Below, piece after piece: positions 9,969-20,825 of a stretch of 64,000 nt of DNA. Position numbers and translations under genes: made by a program. Numbering within the stretch: position 1 is the stretch's first letter; the number at the start of each line of letters is the position of its first letter. Source of the DNA: Deltaproteobacteria bacterium (GTDB lineage Bacteria > Myxococcota_C > UBA6777); assembly GCA_002731275.1 (NCBI GenBank), contig PCBK01000106.1, forward strand, positions 37,333 to 101,332, in the 5' to 3' direction. The notes beneath the pieces are model-generated. The model was not told the origin of the DNA. It searched no databases and saw nothing but the letters and a program-made list of their open reading frames with translations.

Positions 9969-10739
9969 ATGTCACAACATCCCTTTACCATTCCTGATCT
10001 TTACGACCTGCTTCACTGTGGTACCCCCGGTGACACTGCATTCTACCGCTCACAGTGTGACGGAAAACAAACCATCCTGGAGCTGGCATGTGGTACAGGT
10101 CGTCATCTCGTCTCGCTGAGCGACGTCACAGACCAAGTATATGGTCTTGAACTATCTGATGAAATGCTGGCACGCGCCCAACAAATCCTGGCTCAACAAC
10201 CTCACACTGTCCAAGAAAAGATAACACTTCTTCAGGGTGACATGCGTTCATTTGCTATAGAAGCTCCTTGCGACGCAATCTTGATCCCATACAATAGTCT
10301 GTATTGTCTGCTCACAGAGGAAGAAGTGTTGCAATGTTTTCACCACGCAAACAAACAACTCCGGGATGGAGGCGAGTTACTTTTTGATGTGTATGCGGTG
10401 GACCCGGCCTGGGAGTCTTTTGAGCAAACGGAGCCCGAGTTGGTCGCGGTGATCGAGGAAAATGGTTACCAAATCGAGATATACGAAGACCGCCATTGGC
10501 TCCCTACAGAACAGCGACTTGACGCGACGTACCGACACATCATTCACGATGGACAACACTCTTGGAGCAGTGAGTATACCATCCCACAGCGTTACTTATT
10601 TCGCGAACAGATCGAGCAAATGCTAGACGCAACAGGATTCCAAGTGCGATCATGTTGGGGAGATTTCGACGACCCAACGTGGGATCAGGAGAGTCCACAC
10701 ATGATCATCAACGCCAACAAGCTCAGGAGGAGACCTTGA
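9969..10739 (+). CDS. class I SAM-dependent methyltransferase
   Basis: Motif I LELACGTGRH, followed by the acidic loop GLELSDEM and post-I/II elements typical of the Rossmann methyltransferase fold. Confidence 0.8.
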   Translation: MSQHPFTIPDLYDLLHCGTPGDTAFYRSQCDGKQTILELACGTGRHLVSLSDVTDQVYGLELSDEMLARAQQILAQQPHTVQEKITLLQGDMRSFAIEAPCDAILIPYNSLYCLLTEEEVLQCFHHANKQLRDGGELLFDVYAVDPAWESFEQTEPELVAVIEENGYQIEIYEDRHWLPTEQRLDATYRHIIHDGQHSWSSEYTIPQRYLFREQIEQMLDATGFQVRSCWGDFDDPTWDQESPHMIINANKLRRRP

Positions 10740-11767
10740 AAGAAGCCGTGGATCGAACCATCGAACGTTGCTTGCTTCCCCTCGACATCCTTCGCTGGTG
10801 GACGTTTAAGCTCTCGGGACGATGGATACATCCATTTTTAAGAAGGCGAGAATTACGCGTCGCAGTCGGTGGTTCATTCATGCTGTTGGTGCTGTTGGGG
10901 TTGGTCTTGACGGTGCCCTTTTGGATGTTAGCGATAGGTCCGATCTTGTGGGGTGTACCTCATGTGCTCTCAGACGTGCGCTATCTCGTCGTCCGTCCAG
11001 GACACCATAAGGACCTATTGCTGCTCGTGGCGGGTGGCGTCCCTTTGCTGCTGGTAGCCACAGGAACGATCGGTGTTTTAGGTGGACTCACGGCAGCAGC
11101 AGGTGTCCTGATCGTCGGAGAAGGCTCATCTTTTCGTCGGTATACAGGCTTACTCTGTGTCGGAGTCCTGGCCTATTTTGCTTGGCACCTTGGATACACG
11201 GCGAGCATCATCTTCGCTCATGCTCACAACTTCATCGCGGTCGCGCTCTGGTGGTCGTGGAGAAAGCGAACCCCCATCCATCTCTGGCCGTTGCTCCTCT
11301 TTTTGTTGATCTCGGCAGGTTTGGCGCTTGGTTGGTTTGATGTGCTCTTACAAGCGTCAACAGCGTTTGTTTGGATTCCCAGCAGCCTTCCGGCACAAGA
11401 TCATCTCGCCGTCCTCGCGCCTGGACTTCCAACACACATAGGGCTCAGATTGGTGCTGCTCTTTGCGTTCGCACAAGGTGTTCATTATCTGATGTGGGTG
11501 AGATTGATTCCAGAAGATGATCGTCCTCGTCCAACACCACGAACGTACGCAGCCAGTTATCGAGCGTTACGCGACGAGATGGGGACGTGGATTATGCTGC
11601 TTGTCACTTGCCTCGCCCTCTTTTTTGGCGCTTGGGCGCTCTTTGACCTAGCCGCGGCGAGGCTGAACTACCTGAGGATGGCGATCTTCCACGGTCACCT
11701 TGAATTGGCGGCGGCCGCGCTGCTCTGGCTAAAAGGTCGCGATGGTTTCCTCACACCTCCCTCCTGA
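10736..11767 (+). CDS. polytopic membrane protein, His-rich, unknown family
   Basis: About 8 hydrophobic helices. I prefer the TTG at 10736, which is preceded by AGGAGG with a 5-nt spacer and overlaps the methyltransferase stop as TTGA. The tracked ORF begins at 10652 inside the upstream gene. Confidence 0.6.
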   Translation: MKEAVDRTIERCLLPLDILRWWTFKLSGRWIHPFLRRRELRVAVGGSFMLLVLLGLVLTVPFWMLAIGPILWGVPHVLSDVRYLVVRPGHHKDLLLLVAGGVPLLLVATGTIGVLGGLTAAAGVLIVGEGSSFRRYTGLLCVGVLAYFAWHLGYTASIIFAHAHNFIAVALWWSWRKRTPIHLWPLLLFLLISAGLALGWFDVLLQASTAFVWIPSSLPAQDHLAVLAPGLPTHIGLRLVLLFAFAQGVHYLMWVRLIPEDDRPRPTPRTYAASYRALRDEMGTWIMLLVTCLALFFGAWALFDLAAARLNYLRMAIFHGHLELAAAALLWLKGRDGFLTPPS

Positions 11768-11792
11768 TCGAACAATCCAACACTTTTGACAC

Positions 11793-12176
11793 GTGGAGCT
11801 GCACGACATGCTCGAATTGAGTCCGTACTATATACACTTATGGATACAAGCCTTTGCGTTTACACAAGCCATTGAGATCCCCGTGTACACCCTCTTCCTT
11901 CGGATGCGTACAAAGCTGTCATGGTGGGAGTGTGTGCTCTTTGCCTTTGGCGCAAGTGCGCTGACGCATCCACTTGTGTGGTTTGCGATCCCCTGGAAAC
12001 ACTACCCTTTTGAGTTCATGTACATCGCCGCAGAATTGTTCGCGTTTGGAACAGAGGCGATCTATCTCAAGCTGTTGGGGATATCGTGGAAAAGAGCGCT
12101 CATGTGGTCTTTTTTGGCGAATCTTGCGAGCGCAGGGTTAGGTGAGGCGAGTCGATACTTTTTGGGGTGGCCTTGA
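11793..12176 (+). CDS. small membrane protein (about 4 TM)
   Basis: Hydrophobic helices throughout. It follows the previous membrane protein by 25 nt. The exact start (GTG versus the internal ATG) is uncertain. Confidence 0.5.
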   Translation: MELHDMLELSPYYIHLWIQAFAFTQAIEIPVYTLFLRMRTKLSWWECVLFAFGASALTHPLVWFAIPWKHYPFEFMYIAAELFAFGTEAIYLKLLGISWKRALMWSFLANLASAGLGEASRYFLGWP

Positions 12177-12181
12177 GGGGT

Positions 12182-15115
12182 CTACTTCACACAGCGACCT
12201 GGACCAAAGTACTGGTTGCCGTTGTAGCACGACCCATTTCGACTGGTCATGTTGGGCGGGCATGAACACTTGTAGCCAGTGGTACATTCGGCATTCGAAC
12301 GGCACGGAATAGCGCAGGTGTTGTTGTGCAGTTGGCAGATCGAGTCAGAATACGACTGTGTTCCAAGTGGTATGGGACCGTGTCCACATGTCGTTCCGTA
12401 CGTGCTGGTCTTTGTACAAGACTGCCCAATTGTCAACAACGCCCGACAGGTTTGGTATCGCGCGTACCCTTCTGAGGTCGAACCTCCAATACGATATCCA
12501 GGCCAACAGTATCCGCCACGAGCGGGATATGTACGACTTGAACATGTGGAGTTTGAAGGAGAACAACAAGTGTATCCAGTGCTACACCCGCTGGTTGCTT
12601 GGCAAGGCTTAAGGCACACACTCACCTGGACGTTGTTGGAAGTCGGTCCGATATACGTCTTGATACACTTGAGTCCCGTGCTACAATCCGTGTCAGTTGT
12701 ACATGGGTAACACTCCGCTCGCGAAGCCTTGGGAACGCAGATCTGAGCATTTTTGTCACATGTCTCCGTCGACTTGCAGTTTGCATCTGTCAAACATCCA
12801 ACACATCGGTTATTCGTCGTATCACAGACCATTCCAGTGCTACAATCGCTGTTGCTCAGGCAACCATTTGTACACTTGTTGGATTTGTTGCAGATGAAAC
12901 CTCTTCGACAGTCGGTGTGTTGTTTACACTCCGAGCATGTGTAGGTCGTCGCGTCACAAGTTGAGCTGACAGCTCCTGGACTCGCCTTGCAATCCGTGGC
13001 CAAACGACACTCTGTGCAGGTGTACTTTGTGGGATGACACCGTGGTGTTCTCGAGTTACATCCTTGATCATATGTGCTCGTAGCGCTGAGGGGAACGGGC
13101 AAACACGCCTTACATGTACGTGTTGTCCCATCACAGTATCGAGCCTGCCCTGACGTCTCGCGGTAGCAACCGGAGTCATACCGATTCGGTTGTGTGCAGC
13201 GATAATCACATGTATTTGTGCTCTTATTACAAACACTTGAGCCTGAGCAATCTGTATCACTGACGCACTCCACACATTTTTTCAAGGTCGTATCACAGGT
13301 GGGTTTGGTCGCAGGGCAATCTCGCTTGTCAGCACAACCTTCCGTGCAACTCCCGTTCGTACAAAGATAACCAAGCTGACAGTCACGCGAAGCCTGACAC
13401 CCAACACAGACGTTTTTCACACAAGCAGCAGCGACCACGGAGTTGGGATCTTTCTTGCAGTCAGACGCACCCAAACAGGCAACACAACTTTTACTCGTGG
13501 TGTTGCACACAGGCAATGAAGGATCTTTGCAATCGGCGTTGGTTGTACAAGAAGGTTTGAGCTTACAGGTGTATGTCGAAGCATCACAAACCTCAGTCGC
13601 CTTACAATGTGAATCTTTGCTACACACAACGCACTTTTTGCTCACCAGCTCACAGTACTTGTTGGTGGCTTCAGGTGCACAGTCTTGATCAGAGCGACAA
13701 CCAGTGTAGGCACACGCCCCACCAACACAGGAGTTGAGGCGAGGACAGTCGGAGTTTGAACGACAGGAGACACAAGCATTGGCGAGACAATATGGCGTCT
13801 TGGGAGTCCCCTTGCAATCGGTATCAGCGACACAAGCGCCAGGTCTCAAGACACAAGCCCACGTCGTTGTGTTACAGACTTGGTAAGAAGCACAGTGCTT
13901 GTCGACGAGGCAAGCACGACATGCACCTGAGCTAAAATCACAGTACGGCGTGGCTTTGTTGCTTGCGCAGTCGGTATCCGACTTACAACCAGCCTTGGGA
14001 GCACAAACCCCCTTCACACATAAAGGTTTGTTTGCATCAGTACAGTCACTGTCCGCAGCACATTCGGGTTTACACACCCCATTGGTACACACACCTTTTC
14101 CAGCGGCAGCACAGTCGGCGTTAGAAGAACACTCAGGTGCACAAACACCATTTTTACAAAGTGGCGTGCTTGGGGTCGTACAATCCGTGTCAACAGTACA
14201 CTCTGGCGCACACTTGTAGTCCTTGCATTTGGGAAGGGAAGGATCTTTGCAGTCAGTATCAGCGTTACACTCTCCAGGCACACAGATCCCGGCCAAACAT
14301 ACAGGCGTTGGTGCCTTACAATCGTTGTTATCCGTACATCCAGGCGTACTCTCAGCGACACACTTTCCAGCATCACACTTGGGCTTGGTTGGATCTTTAC
14401 AGTCTGCGCTGGTGACGCACTCGACTGTATTCGCGACACACTTTCCAGCATCGCACTTAGGCTTGGCTGGATCTTTACAGTCTGTATCTGCGTTACACTC
14501 AACCTGTGTTTTGACACACGTACCGGACTGACAGACAGGAGCGTCAACAGGACAGTCAGCATCCGTTCTACAGACAGGACTCGCGGCGACACATGTCCCT
14601 GCGTCACACTTGGGCTTGGCTGAATCTTTACAATCCGCATCCGTGGTACATTCGGGTTGACTTGGTGTACACACACCGCTCAAACAAACAGGTTTGGAAG
14701 CATCGTTGCAATCGGAATCCACCTGACACTCAGGTGGAGGCTCAACACAGCGGCCATTGTCACACTTGCTCTTCTTTGCATCCCGGCAATGGACATCAAG
14801 TGAACATTCAGGTTTGCACACCCCCTGTACACACAAAGGCTTCGAAGCATCAGTACAATCAGAATCCACAGAACACGTTCCCGGAATGGTACGGTCGACG
14901 ACGGAAGTGTTGTCGGTTTTTTTGGTGTCGGTCACACCTGCATCGCCAGTGGTTTTTCCATCGGTGGTTGTTGAACCATCGGTGGTTTTTGGTGGGGTAG
15001 AACAAGCGGCAGAGAGCAAAGACACTGCCGTGATGAAAAAGACAATAAAGACATAGCTCTTATTCAAGCGATCGGTGCGCATTCTTCTTCCCTCGCAAGG
15101 ATGAAAAGAGGACAA
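12182..15115 (-). CDS. giant cysteine-rich repeat lipoprotein (977 aa)
   Basis: Signal/lipobox LLSAACS. It has dozens of about 26-aa units of the form CxxDxDCxDxxKPxCxxGxC, and a C-terminal region with different Cys spacing. Confidence 0.8.
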   Translation of the reverse strand: MSSFHPCEGRRMRTDRLNKSYVFIVFFITAVSLLSAACSTPPKTTDGSTTTDGKTTGDAGVTDTKKTDNTSVVDRTIPGTCSVDSDCTDASKPLCVQGVCKPECSLDVHCRDAKKSKCDNGRCVEPPPECQVDSDCNDASKPVCLSGVCTPSQPECTTDADCKDSAKPKCDAGTCVAASPVCRTDADCPVDAPVCQSGTCVKTQVECNADTDCKDPAKPKCDAGKCVANTVECVTSADCKDPTKPKCDAGKCVAESTPGCTDNNDCKAPTPVCLAGICVPGECNADTDCKDPSLPKCKDYKCAPECTVDTDCTTPSTPLCKNGVCAPECSSNADCAAAGKGVCTNGVCKPECAADSDCTDANKPLCVKGVCAPKAGCKSDTDCASNKATPYCDFSSGACRACLVDKHCASYQVCNTTTWACVLRPGACVADTDCKGTPKTPYCLANACVSCRSNSDCPRLNSCVGGACAYTGCRSDQDCAPEATNKYCELVSKKCVVCSKDSHCKATEVCDASTYTCKLKPSCTTNADCKDPSLPVCNTTSKSCVACLGASDCKKDPNSVVAAACVKNVCVGCQASRDCQLGYLCTNGSCTEGCADKRDCPATKPTCDTTLKKCVECVSDTDCSGSSVCNKSTNTCDYRCTQPNRYDSGCYRETSGQARYCDGTTRTCKACLPVPLSATSTYDQGCNSRTPRCHPTKYTCTECRLATDCKASPGAVSSTCDATTYTCSECKQHTDCRRGFICNKSNKCTNGCLSNSDCSTGMVCDTTNNRCVGCLTDANCKSTETCDKNAQICVPKASRAECYPCTTDTDCSTGLKCIKTYIGPTSNNVQVSVCLKPCQATSGCSTGYTCCSPSNSTCSSRTYPARGGYCWPGYRIGGSTSEGYARYQTCRALLTIGQSCTKTSTYGTTCGHGPIPLGTQSYSDSICQLHNNTCAIPCRSNAECTTGYKCSCPPNMTSRNGSCYNGNQYFGPGRCVK
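14355..14484 (-). repeat. intragenic 78-bp tandem repeat (two copies whose 52-nt cores differ at 3 positions; a third, diverged copy lies near 14586)
   Basis: gcgacacactttccagcatc[a/g]cactt[g/a]ggcttgg[t/c]tggatctttacagtctg is read at 14355 and again at 14433. The 78-nt period equals one 26-aa Cys repeat. Confidence 0.8.
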
Positions 15116-15278
15116 AAAAACATAAAGAAAAACAAATTATTGCAGACTTTCCGCTCCAAAGTCAAATCCTTCCCACGTGTATGTCGTGGAGAGGCAAAAT
15201 GGAATGGGACGGTCCTACAAGAGAAAAACACAGGGGAGGTGGGAAAAGTTGCGAAAAAGAGGAAAGAAGTCGGGGGGT

Positions 15279-16583
15279 TTAAGAATCACGCTCTTCGAGA
15301 AATGGGCGAAGCTTGTTTGCACGGGAGGAATGACGAAGTTTGCGGAGGGCTTTGGCTTCAATTTGCCTGATACGCTCACGAGAGAGCTTAAAGGCTTTCC
15401 CGATTTCTTCGAGCGTATGAGTGTTGTTTTCGCCAATTCCGAAGCGTCTCTCAAGCACCTCTTCCTCTGCAGGTGTCAGCGTCGAGAGGACGTCTCTGAT
15501 GCACTCCACAAGCTCCTGACTGTCGAGGACATCAAGTGGAGAGATGGTATCAGTCGCCTCGATGAAGTCACCGAGATGGGCGCCATCATCTTTACCCGTT
15601 GGAGTCTCAAGTGAGAGTGGCTTTTGTGCCATTTTCAGGAGATCATCAACGCGTTGAGGGGGCATGTCCATCTTGTGAGCGAGCTGCTCAATCGTAGGCT
15701 CGACCCCGTGAGTTTGGACCCATGAACGTACAATTCGATTCAGCTTGTTGATCGATTCGACGACGTGGACAGGAATACGAATGGTTCGAGTTTGTTCAGC
15801 GATGGCACGGGTAATCGCTTGCCTGATCCACCATGTTGCGTACGTCGAGAACTTGTATCCACGGTGATAGTCGAAGCGCTCGACGGCTTTCATCAGACCG
15901 ATGTTTCCCTCTTGCACGAGGTCGTGCAGAGGAAGCCCACGTTTGGCGTACTTTTTCGCAATGGACAGGACGAGACGCAAATTGGCCTCGATCAGTTCGT
16001 TGCGGGCTTTTGCGGCAAAACGCTCAGCGGAGCTGATTTCCTGGCATGAGGAGAGCAGTTCATCGTGGACAAAACCATCTTTGTGGCCATCTTGGACCAG
16101 TTTTTTGTATCGCTCACGCAAGTCATCGACGAGCAGGTCAAGTTGGGGTTTGGGGAAACGAATTTGCCAAACGTAGGTGGAGACCTTTTTCAAGACTTTG
16201 ACGCGCTTTGCTGGATCCCAGACGCCTTTTCCTGTGCCATCGGGACCTTGCCAGAGACGACGATTACGTCGGTACAAGGATTGTATGCTCTTAAAGAGTT
16301 TCAGCACACGCTGAATTTGTTCATCGCGTGTCAACGTGACATCTTCGGCATCTTCGCTTGTCGCGCGACTGACATCTTCAAAACGAATGTTCCCCTCACG
16401 AAGAAGCGGCTCCAATGTGAGGATATTTTCGATCCCCATGGGCGTACGGATCAATGCATTGTGGATCCTTTGCTCCGCTTCTTCGATCCGCTGGGCAACT
16501 TCCTGTTCGCCTTCCCGGGTCAATACAGTCGTTGCATGTATTGATCTTGGATAGATGTCTCGATCGCTAGAAAAATTTGCCAT
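15279..16583 (-). CDS. rpoD: RNA polymerase sigma factor, RpoD family (group 1/2 sigma-70)
   Basis: Near-canonical regions 2-4: [75 protein letters not shown] and [19 protein letters not shown]. Confidence 0.9.
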   Translation of the reverse strand: MANFSSDRDIYPRSIHATTVLTREGEQEVAQRIEEAEQRIHNALIRTPMGIENILTLEPLLREGNIRFEDVSRATSEDAEDVTLTRDEQIQRVLKLFKSIQSLYRRNRRLWQGPDGTGKGVWDPAKRVKVLKKVSTYVWQIRFPKPQLDLLVDDLRERYKKLVQDGHKDGFVHDELLSSCQEISSAERFAAKARNELIEANLRLVLSIAKKYAKRGLPLHDLVQEGNIGLMKAVERFDYHRGYKFSTYATWWIRQAITRAIAEQTRTIRIPVHVVESINKLNRIVRSWVQTHGVEPTIEQLAHKMDMPPQRVDDLLKMAQKPLSLETPTGKDDGAHLGDFIEATDTISPLDVLDSQELVECIRDVLSTLTPAEEEVLERRFGIGENNTHTLEEIGKAFKLSRERIRQIEAKALRKLRHSSRANKLRPFLEERDS

Positions 16584-17033
16584 CCCTTCTCCCTAATGAT
16601 GATCGCTGCATGGTGGACAAAAGGCTATGATTTGGATTTCCATTGGTTCAATGCAACCAAAAGAGTCCGTGTCCGCTCCTTGGACGAGCCTTCTACGACA
16701 CGTCATATTGTTGCTAGCTATGAAGATGTTTGTTAACTATACGGAAAGATTCATTCAATCGTTCACAATTTATCGTGGTTGTGTGGGAGGGTCTCAGTAT
16801 GACCTGCATCACGTGACAGTTTCATACGCCAACCTCTGTCAATTCCCAATAAGCGTCGCGTGGAAATTGGCAGTGGAGACTGACAACTCCTGCACAAAGT
16901 TGAGAAAAAAAAAATCAACCAGCAGTGACCTACCGTGACTTTTCATGCCAACGACCTTTGTGCATTTCCCAAACACAATCCACTCCGCACAAAAATTGAT
17001 GCGGTATCGGACAAAAAGATTCGCAGAAAGTGA

Positions 17034-17612
17034 TCACTTTTTGATCTTAAACATCCACACAGAAGACGCGGTGAACGCTACGACCTTTTGAGGACCTTTG
17101 ATCTTTTTGGCGGCCTCTTTATCACCTGCATCAAGTGCATAGTGTCGAGCCATCCGTGCTGAGAGCACAGACTTGCGGCCATACCCGCGGACCGTCACAC
17201 CATAACCAATGCTGTTTTTGGGGACAAAAAACTTGTAACCCTTGAAACGCACACGCATCAAGTGTGTCCCGTCTGTCAACATCATCCAACAACCTTTGAC
17301 ACGACAAACGTCTTTGACGACACCAGAGACCTCAATAAACTTTCCTTTGTACGCGTCGGTGTTCTTCATTAATTCGGACAAAGTCACCTTTTGTGCATAC
17401 TTCTTGTCCACTGTCCCGTACAGACCTGAGCAATCTTCCCGTGGGGACCAGGGTCGTGCGTACTTTTTCTTGACGACCTTTTTCACCTTACCTGAAGGAC
17501 GACTTGTCGGAACCTTGCTCATAGGAGCATGATTGTGCCCCTCATGAGCCCCAACCACCGAAATCAACAACCCAACACATGCCATCACTGCAAAAAACAT
17601 AAACTGTCTCAT
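17034..17612 (-). CDS. secreted DUF4920-like protein
   Basis: Signal peptide, an HEGHNH stretch, and a core VSGVVKDVCRVKGCWMML that I recall as characteristic of DUF4920. The family assignment is from memory. Confidence 0.55.
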   Translation of the reverse strand: MRQFMFFAVMACVGLLISVVGAHEGHNHAPMSKVPTSRPSGKVKKVVKKKYARPWSPREDCSGLYGTVDKKYAQKVTLSELMKNTDAYKGKFIEVSGVVKDVCRVKGCWMMLTDGTHLMRVRFKGYKFFVPKNSIGYGVTVRGYGRKSVLSARMARHYALDAGDKEAAKKIKGPQKVVAFTASSVWMFKIKK

Positions 17613-18041
17613 TCAGACCTATCTCCATTTTCATCGTTCCCACGTGTCAACATGAGAATTTATACAACAAAAGCAAATAAATATACGAGATTCCCAATTG
17701 CACAATGTGCAAAATGTTGGCGTAGTATACAGACAGCGCACCCCCAACTCAAGGCTCTCCACTCCCATCTATGGGACAACACGCTGTGACAAATTCTTTA
17801 CAATCCACACAAAACCACTCAACCCACGCGTAATTTATGCTTCAGAAGCAAGGTGATACACAAAAAACAAGCTCCCATTCTCACCTTGCCTATGAACCCA
17901 GTTCACATTGGTACTTGACAAAATCAGTTTTCCATTGAAATTAGTAGGTGAGAAAAAATGAATACTGATTCATCTTTTCCTGCCAAGTGAGATGTGATCG
18001 GTAATTGTGGAGATATAGCGCCTTACCAAAAGAGGAATCGA

Positions 18042-19802
18042 ATGCAAATTTACAAAGCCCCCCTCAATGAAATGAGATTTGTGTTGGAAGCCATGGGTTA
18101 CGACGAAGTTCAAAAACTCGAAGGCTATGAAGACTTCGATATGGACGTCGCGATGTCCATCCTTGAAGAGCAGGGAAAATTTTGTGCAAACGAAATGCTC
18201 CCCCTCAACCAAACAGGTGATCAGGAAGGCATTCACTACGACCCACAAGAACAAACCATCACCATGCCCAAAGGGTTCATTGAACTTTACAACAAGTACA
18301 AAGAAGCCGGCATCTCAGGACTTGTTCACCCCCCCCAATATGGAGGTTCAGGTGCCCCCTCAATGCTCGGTGTCATGGTCGCAGAGATGCCAACCGCGAC
18401 CAACAAAAGTTTCTCGATGTGCCCTGGCCTGACCAACGGCTTGATCGACGCCATGCTCCACCACGCAAATGACGAGTTGAAAGATGCCTATCTTCCCAAA
18501 CTCGTCAGCGGAGAATGGGCAGGGACCATGTGTCTCACTGAACCTCACTGTGGGACAGACCTCGGCTTGTTGAAAACAAAAGCTGAGCCCCAAGACGATC
18601 ACTATCTCATCACAGGAACAAAGATCTGGATCACATTTGGTGAACACGATCTGACCGACAATATCATCCACCTCGTCCTCGCAAGACTTCCCGACGCTCC
18701 CGAAGGAATCAAAGGGATCAGCCTCTTCCTCGTCCCCAAAGTCACCCTCGACGGTGAAAGAAACCCCATCTACTGTGGTGGCGTAGAGCACAAAATGGGA
18801 ATCCACGCCTCCCCCACTTGCGTGATGAACCTTGAGAACGCAAAAGGTTGGTTGGTCGGTGAACCCCACAAAGGAATGCGTGCGATGTTCGTCATGATGA
18901 ACCACGCGCGCCTCAATGTCGGTATCGAAGGCATCTCACTCGCAGAGATCTCCTACCAAACAGCCGTCCAATTTGCGAAAGACCGACGTCAAAGTCGCTC
19001 TCTTGATCCTGAAAAACGTGATCCAAACGCACCTGCAGACACCATTCTCGTCCACCCAGACGTACGCAGAATGCTCCTCAACGCACGTGCCGGTGTGGAA
19101 GGTATGCGTGCGCTCGCCTCATACGTCGGAAAACACCTCGATATCTCCAAAAAATCAACAGACGAAGAAGCACGTGCATACTCCTCCGACATCGTCGCTC
19201 TGCTCACACCGATCATCAAAAGTTTCTTCACCGAAAAAGGCTGTCGCTACATCGACGACGCGATGCAATCACTCGGTGGCTCTGGCTACACAACAGACTG
19301 GTGCATCGAACAATACTACCGTGATGCCCGTATCGCGATGATCTATGAAGGAACCAACCATATCCAGGCTCTCGACCTCGTCGGACGTAAACTCACCATC
19401 GAGAACGGACGCCTCTTTAGACGCTTCAACGAAGAGATCACCACGTTGATCAAAGAGTCCAAAGAAGACGAGCGCATGGCTGAGTTCATCAACCCACTGA
19501 AGAAAGCCTCCAAAGCCCTCGCAGAGGTCACCATGGGGCTCGCGATGAAAGGTATGCAAGACCCCGAAGAAATCGGCGCAGTCGCATCGGCTTACCTCAA
19601 CCTGTTTGGTTTCACTGCGCTTGCATTTATTTACTGCAAGAAAGCCCAATACGCGCTGAAAAAAGATGACGCGCACTCCAAAACCAAACTCAAAACAGCT
19701 CGCTTCTACATGAACAACATGCTCCCCGAGATCTACGGATTGATCCCCCAAATCGAAGCCGGAAAAGCATCGATGATGGACTTCGACATGGATGAATTCT
19801 AA
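18042..19802 (+). CDS. long acyl-CoA dehydrogenase
   Basis: ATG at 18042 with an AGAGGA SD. Motifs TEPHCGTDLG and YEGTNHIQALDLVGRK. An extended C-terminal domain is typical of the roughly 590-aa ACAD class. Confidence 0.85.
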   Translation: MQIYKAPLNEMRFVLEAMGYDEVQKLEGYEDFDMDVAMSILEEQGKFCANEMLPLNQTGDQEGIHYDPQEQTITMPKGFIELYNKYKEAGISGLVHPPQYGGSGAPSMLGVMVAEMPTATNKSFSMCPGLTNGLIDAMLHHANDELKDAYLPKLVSGEWAGTMCLTEPHCGTDLGLLKTKAEPQDDHYLITGTKIWITFGEHDLTDNIIHLVLARLPDAPEGIKGISLFLVPKVTLDGERNPIYCGGVEHKMGIHASPTCVMNLENAKGWLVGEPHKGMRAMFVMMNHARLNVGIEGISLAEISYQTAVQFAKDRRQSRSLDPEKRDPNAPADTILVHPDVRRMLLNARAGVEGMRALASYVGKHLDISKKSTDEEARAYSSDIVALLTPIIKSFFTEKGCRYIDDAMQSLGGSGYTTDWCIEQYYRDARIAMIYEGTNHIQALDLVGRKLTIENGRLFRRFNEEITTLIKESKEDERMAEFINPLKKASKALAEVTMGLAMKGMQDPEEIGAVASAYLNLFGFTALAFIYCKKAQYALKKDDAHSKTKLKTARFYMNNMLPEIYGLIPQIEAGKASMMDFDMDEF

Positions 19803-19955
19803 AAGAACTCCCCTCCCACTCCCTCCCTCCTACCGCCCCAACACCCCCTAAAACAGCTTATTCGACGAAAGGCTCGACGAATGCATCGACGAGTAGATGA
19901 ACCCTCACAGCCAGAAGTCACACCTGAAGTCATCCAAGTGTTAAGGAGAGAGGAT

Positions 19956-20825
19956 TTACTCAGCCCGTAAACCAAGAATCTTTCGAGCTTCTTGAGGTGA
20001 AGCGATCTCTCGACCGACCTCTCTTGCGAGTGTGGCCATCGCCTCGATCAACGCGCCGTTGGACGAAGCCCTCTCACCAGAGGGTAGATAAAATGTATCT
20101 TCCAAACCAGTGCGCAAATTCCCCCCCAACTCTGCCGCCTTTCGATGAAGCTCCCAAACCTCCTGACGCCCAATACCGATAACTTGCCATGTCGCCCCTT
20201 CAGGGATCTCATCGACAAGCAAAGGCAACCACGCAGGCTTGGCAGGCATCCCGCTCGCAACACCCATGACCAGAGAAAGATCAACGTGGTGCTTTAACAT
20301 ACCAACCTTTTTGAATAAACCAACAGACCGAACGATTCCAGTATCAAAGCACTCACATTCAGGGAGAATCTCATGTTTGTGCATGACCTCAATAAACTGT
20401 TCGATCTTGGAGACAGGGTTGTCAAACAGCATGGGTGGCCAAGCCCAAGTGCCATTGGAGCGTGCACGAAGGTAATTGAGGGAACCTGCATTGAGCGCGG
20501 CCATTTCAGGCTTCACTCTCTCCAAGCATGCAACAGGACCGCTGATATCATCACCAATCACGCCAGTGGTCATGTTGAGGATCACCCCAGGACATGCAGC
20601 ACGAATGGCATCGCAAACAGCTTCGGCATCATCGGCATCCCAGGAGGGAAACCGCCCCATCCCTTCCTCCTGATTGCGAACATGGATGTGCATGATGGCA
20701 GCCCCAGCGTCGAAAGCCTCTTTCGCACTTTGGGCCATTTGCCCGGGTGTCACAGGGACAGGAAACTTATCGGGATCGGTAAGAACGCCCGTCAATGCGC
20801 AACTAATCACTGCTTTTTCAGCCAT
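19956..20825 (-). CDS. 3-keto-5-aminohexanoate cleavage enzyme (BKACE/DUF849) family protein
   Basis: N-terminal VISCALTGVLTDP, HIHVRN and a TIM-barrel-like pattern matching what I remember of BKACE proteins. About 289 aa. Confidence 0.65.
   Translation of the reverse strand: MAEKAVISCALTGVLTDPDKFPVPVTPGQMAQSAKEAFDAGAAIMHIHVRNQEEGMGRFPSWDADDAEAVCDAIRAACPGVILNMTTGVIGDDISGPVACLERVKPEMAALNAGSLNYLRARSNGTWAWPPMLFDNPVSKIEQFIEVMHKHEILPECECFDTGIVRSVGLFKKVGMLKHHVDLSLVMGVASGMPAKPAWLPLLVDEIPEGATWQVIGIGRQEVWELHRKAAELGGNLRTGLEDTFYLPSGERASSNGALIEAMATLAREVGREIASPQEARKILGLRAE

Noticed and set aside
17915-17943. A sigma-70-like promoter for the acyl-CoA dehydrogenase gene: TTGACA at 17915-17920, a 17-nt spacer, then aaatta.
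   Set aside because: The -35 hexamer is perfect but the -10 matches TATAAT at only 3 of 6 positions. Promoter consensus in this lineage is unknown to me, so the call is too weak.
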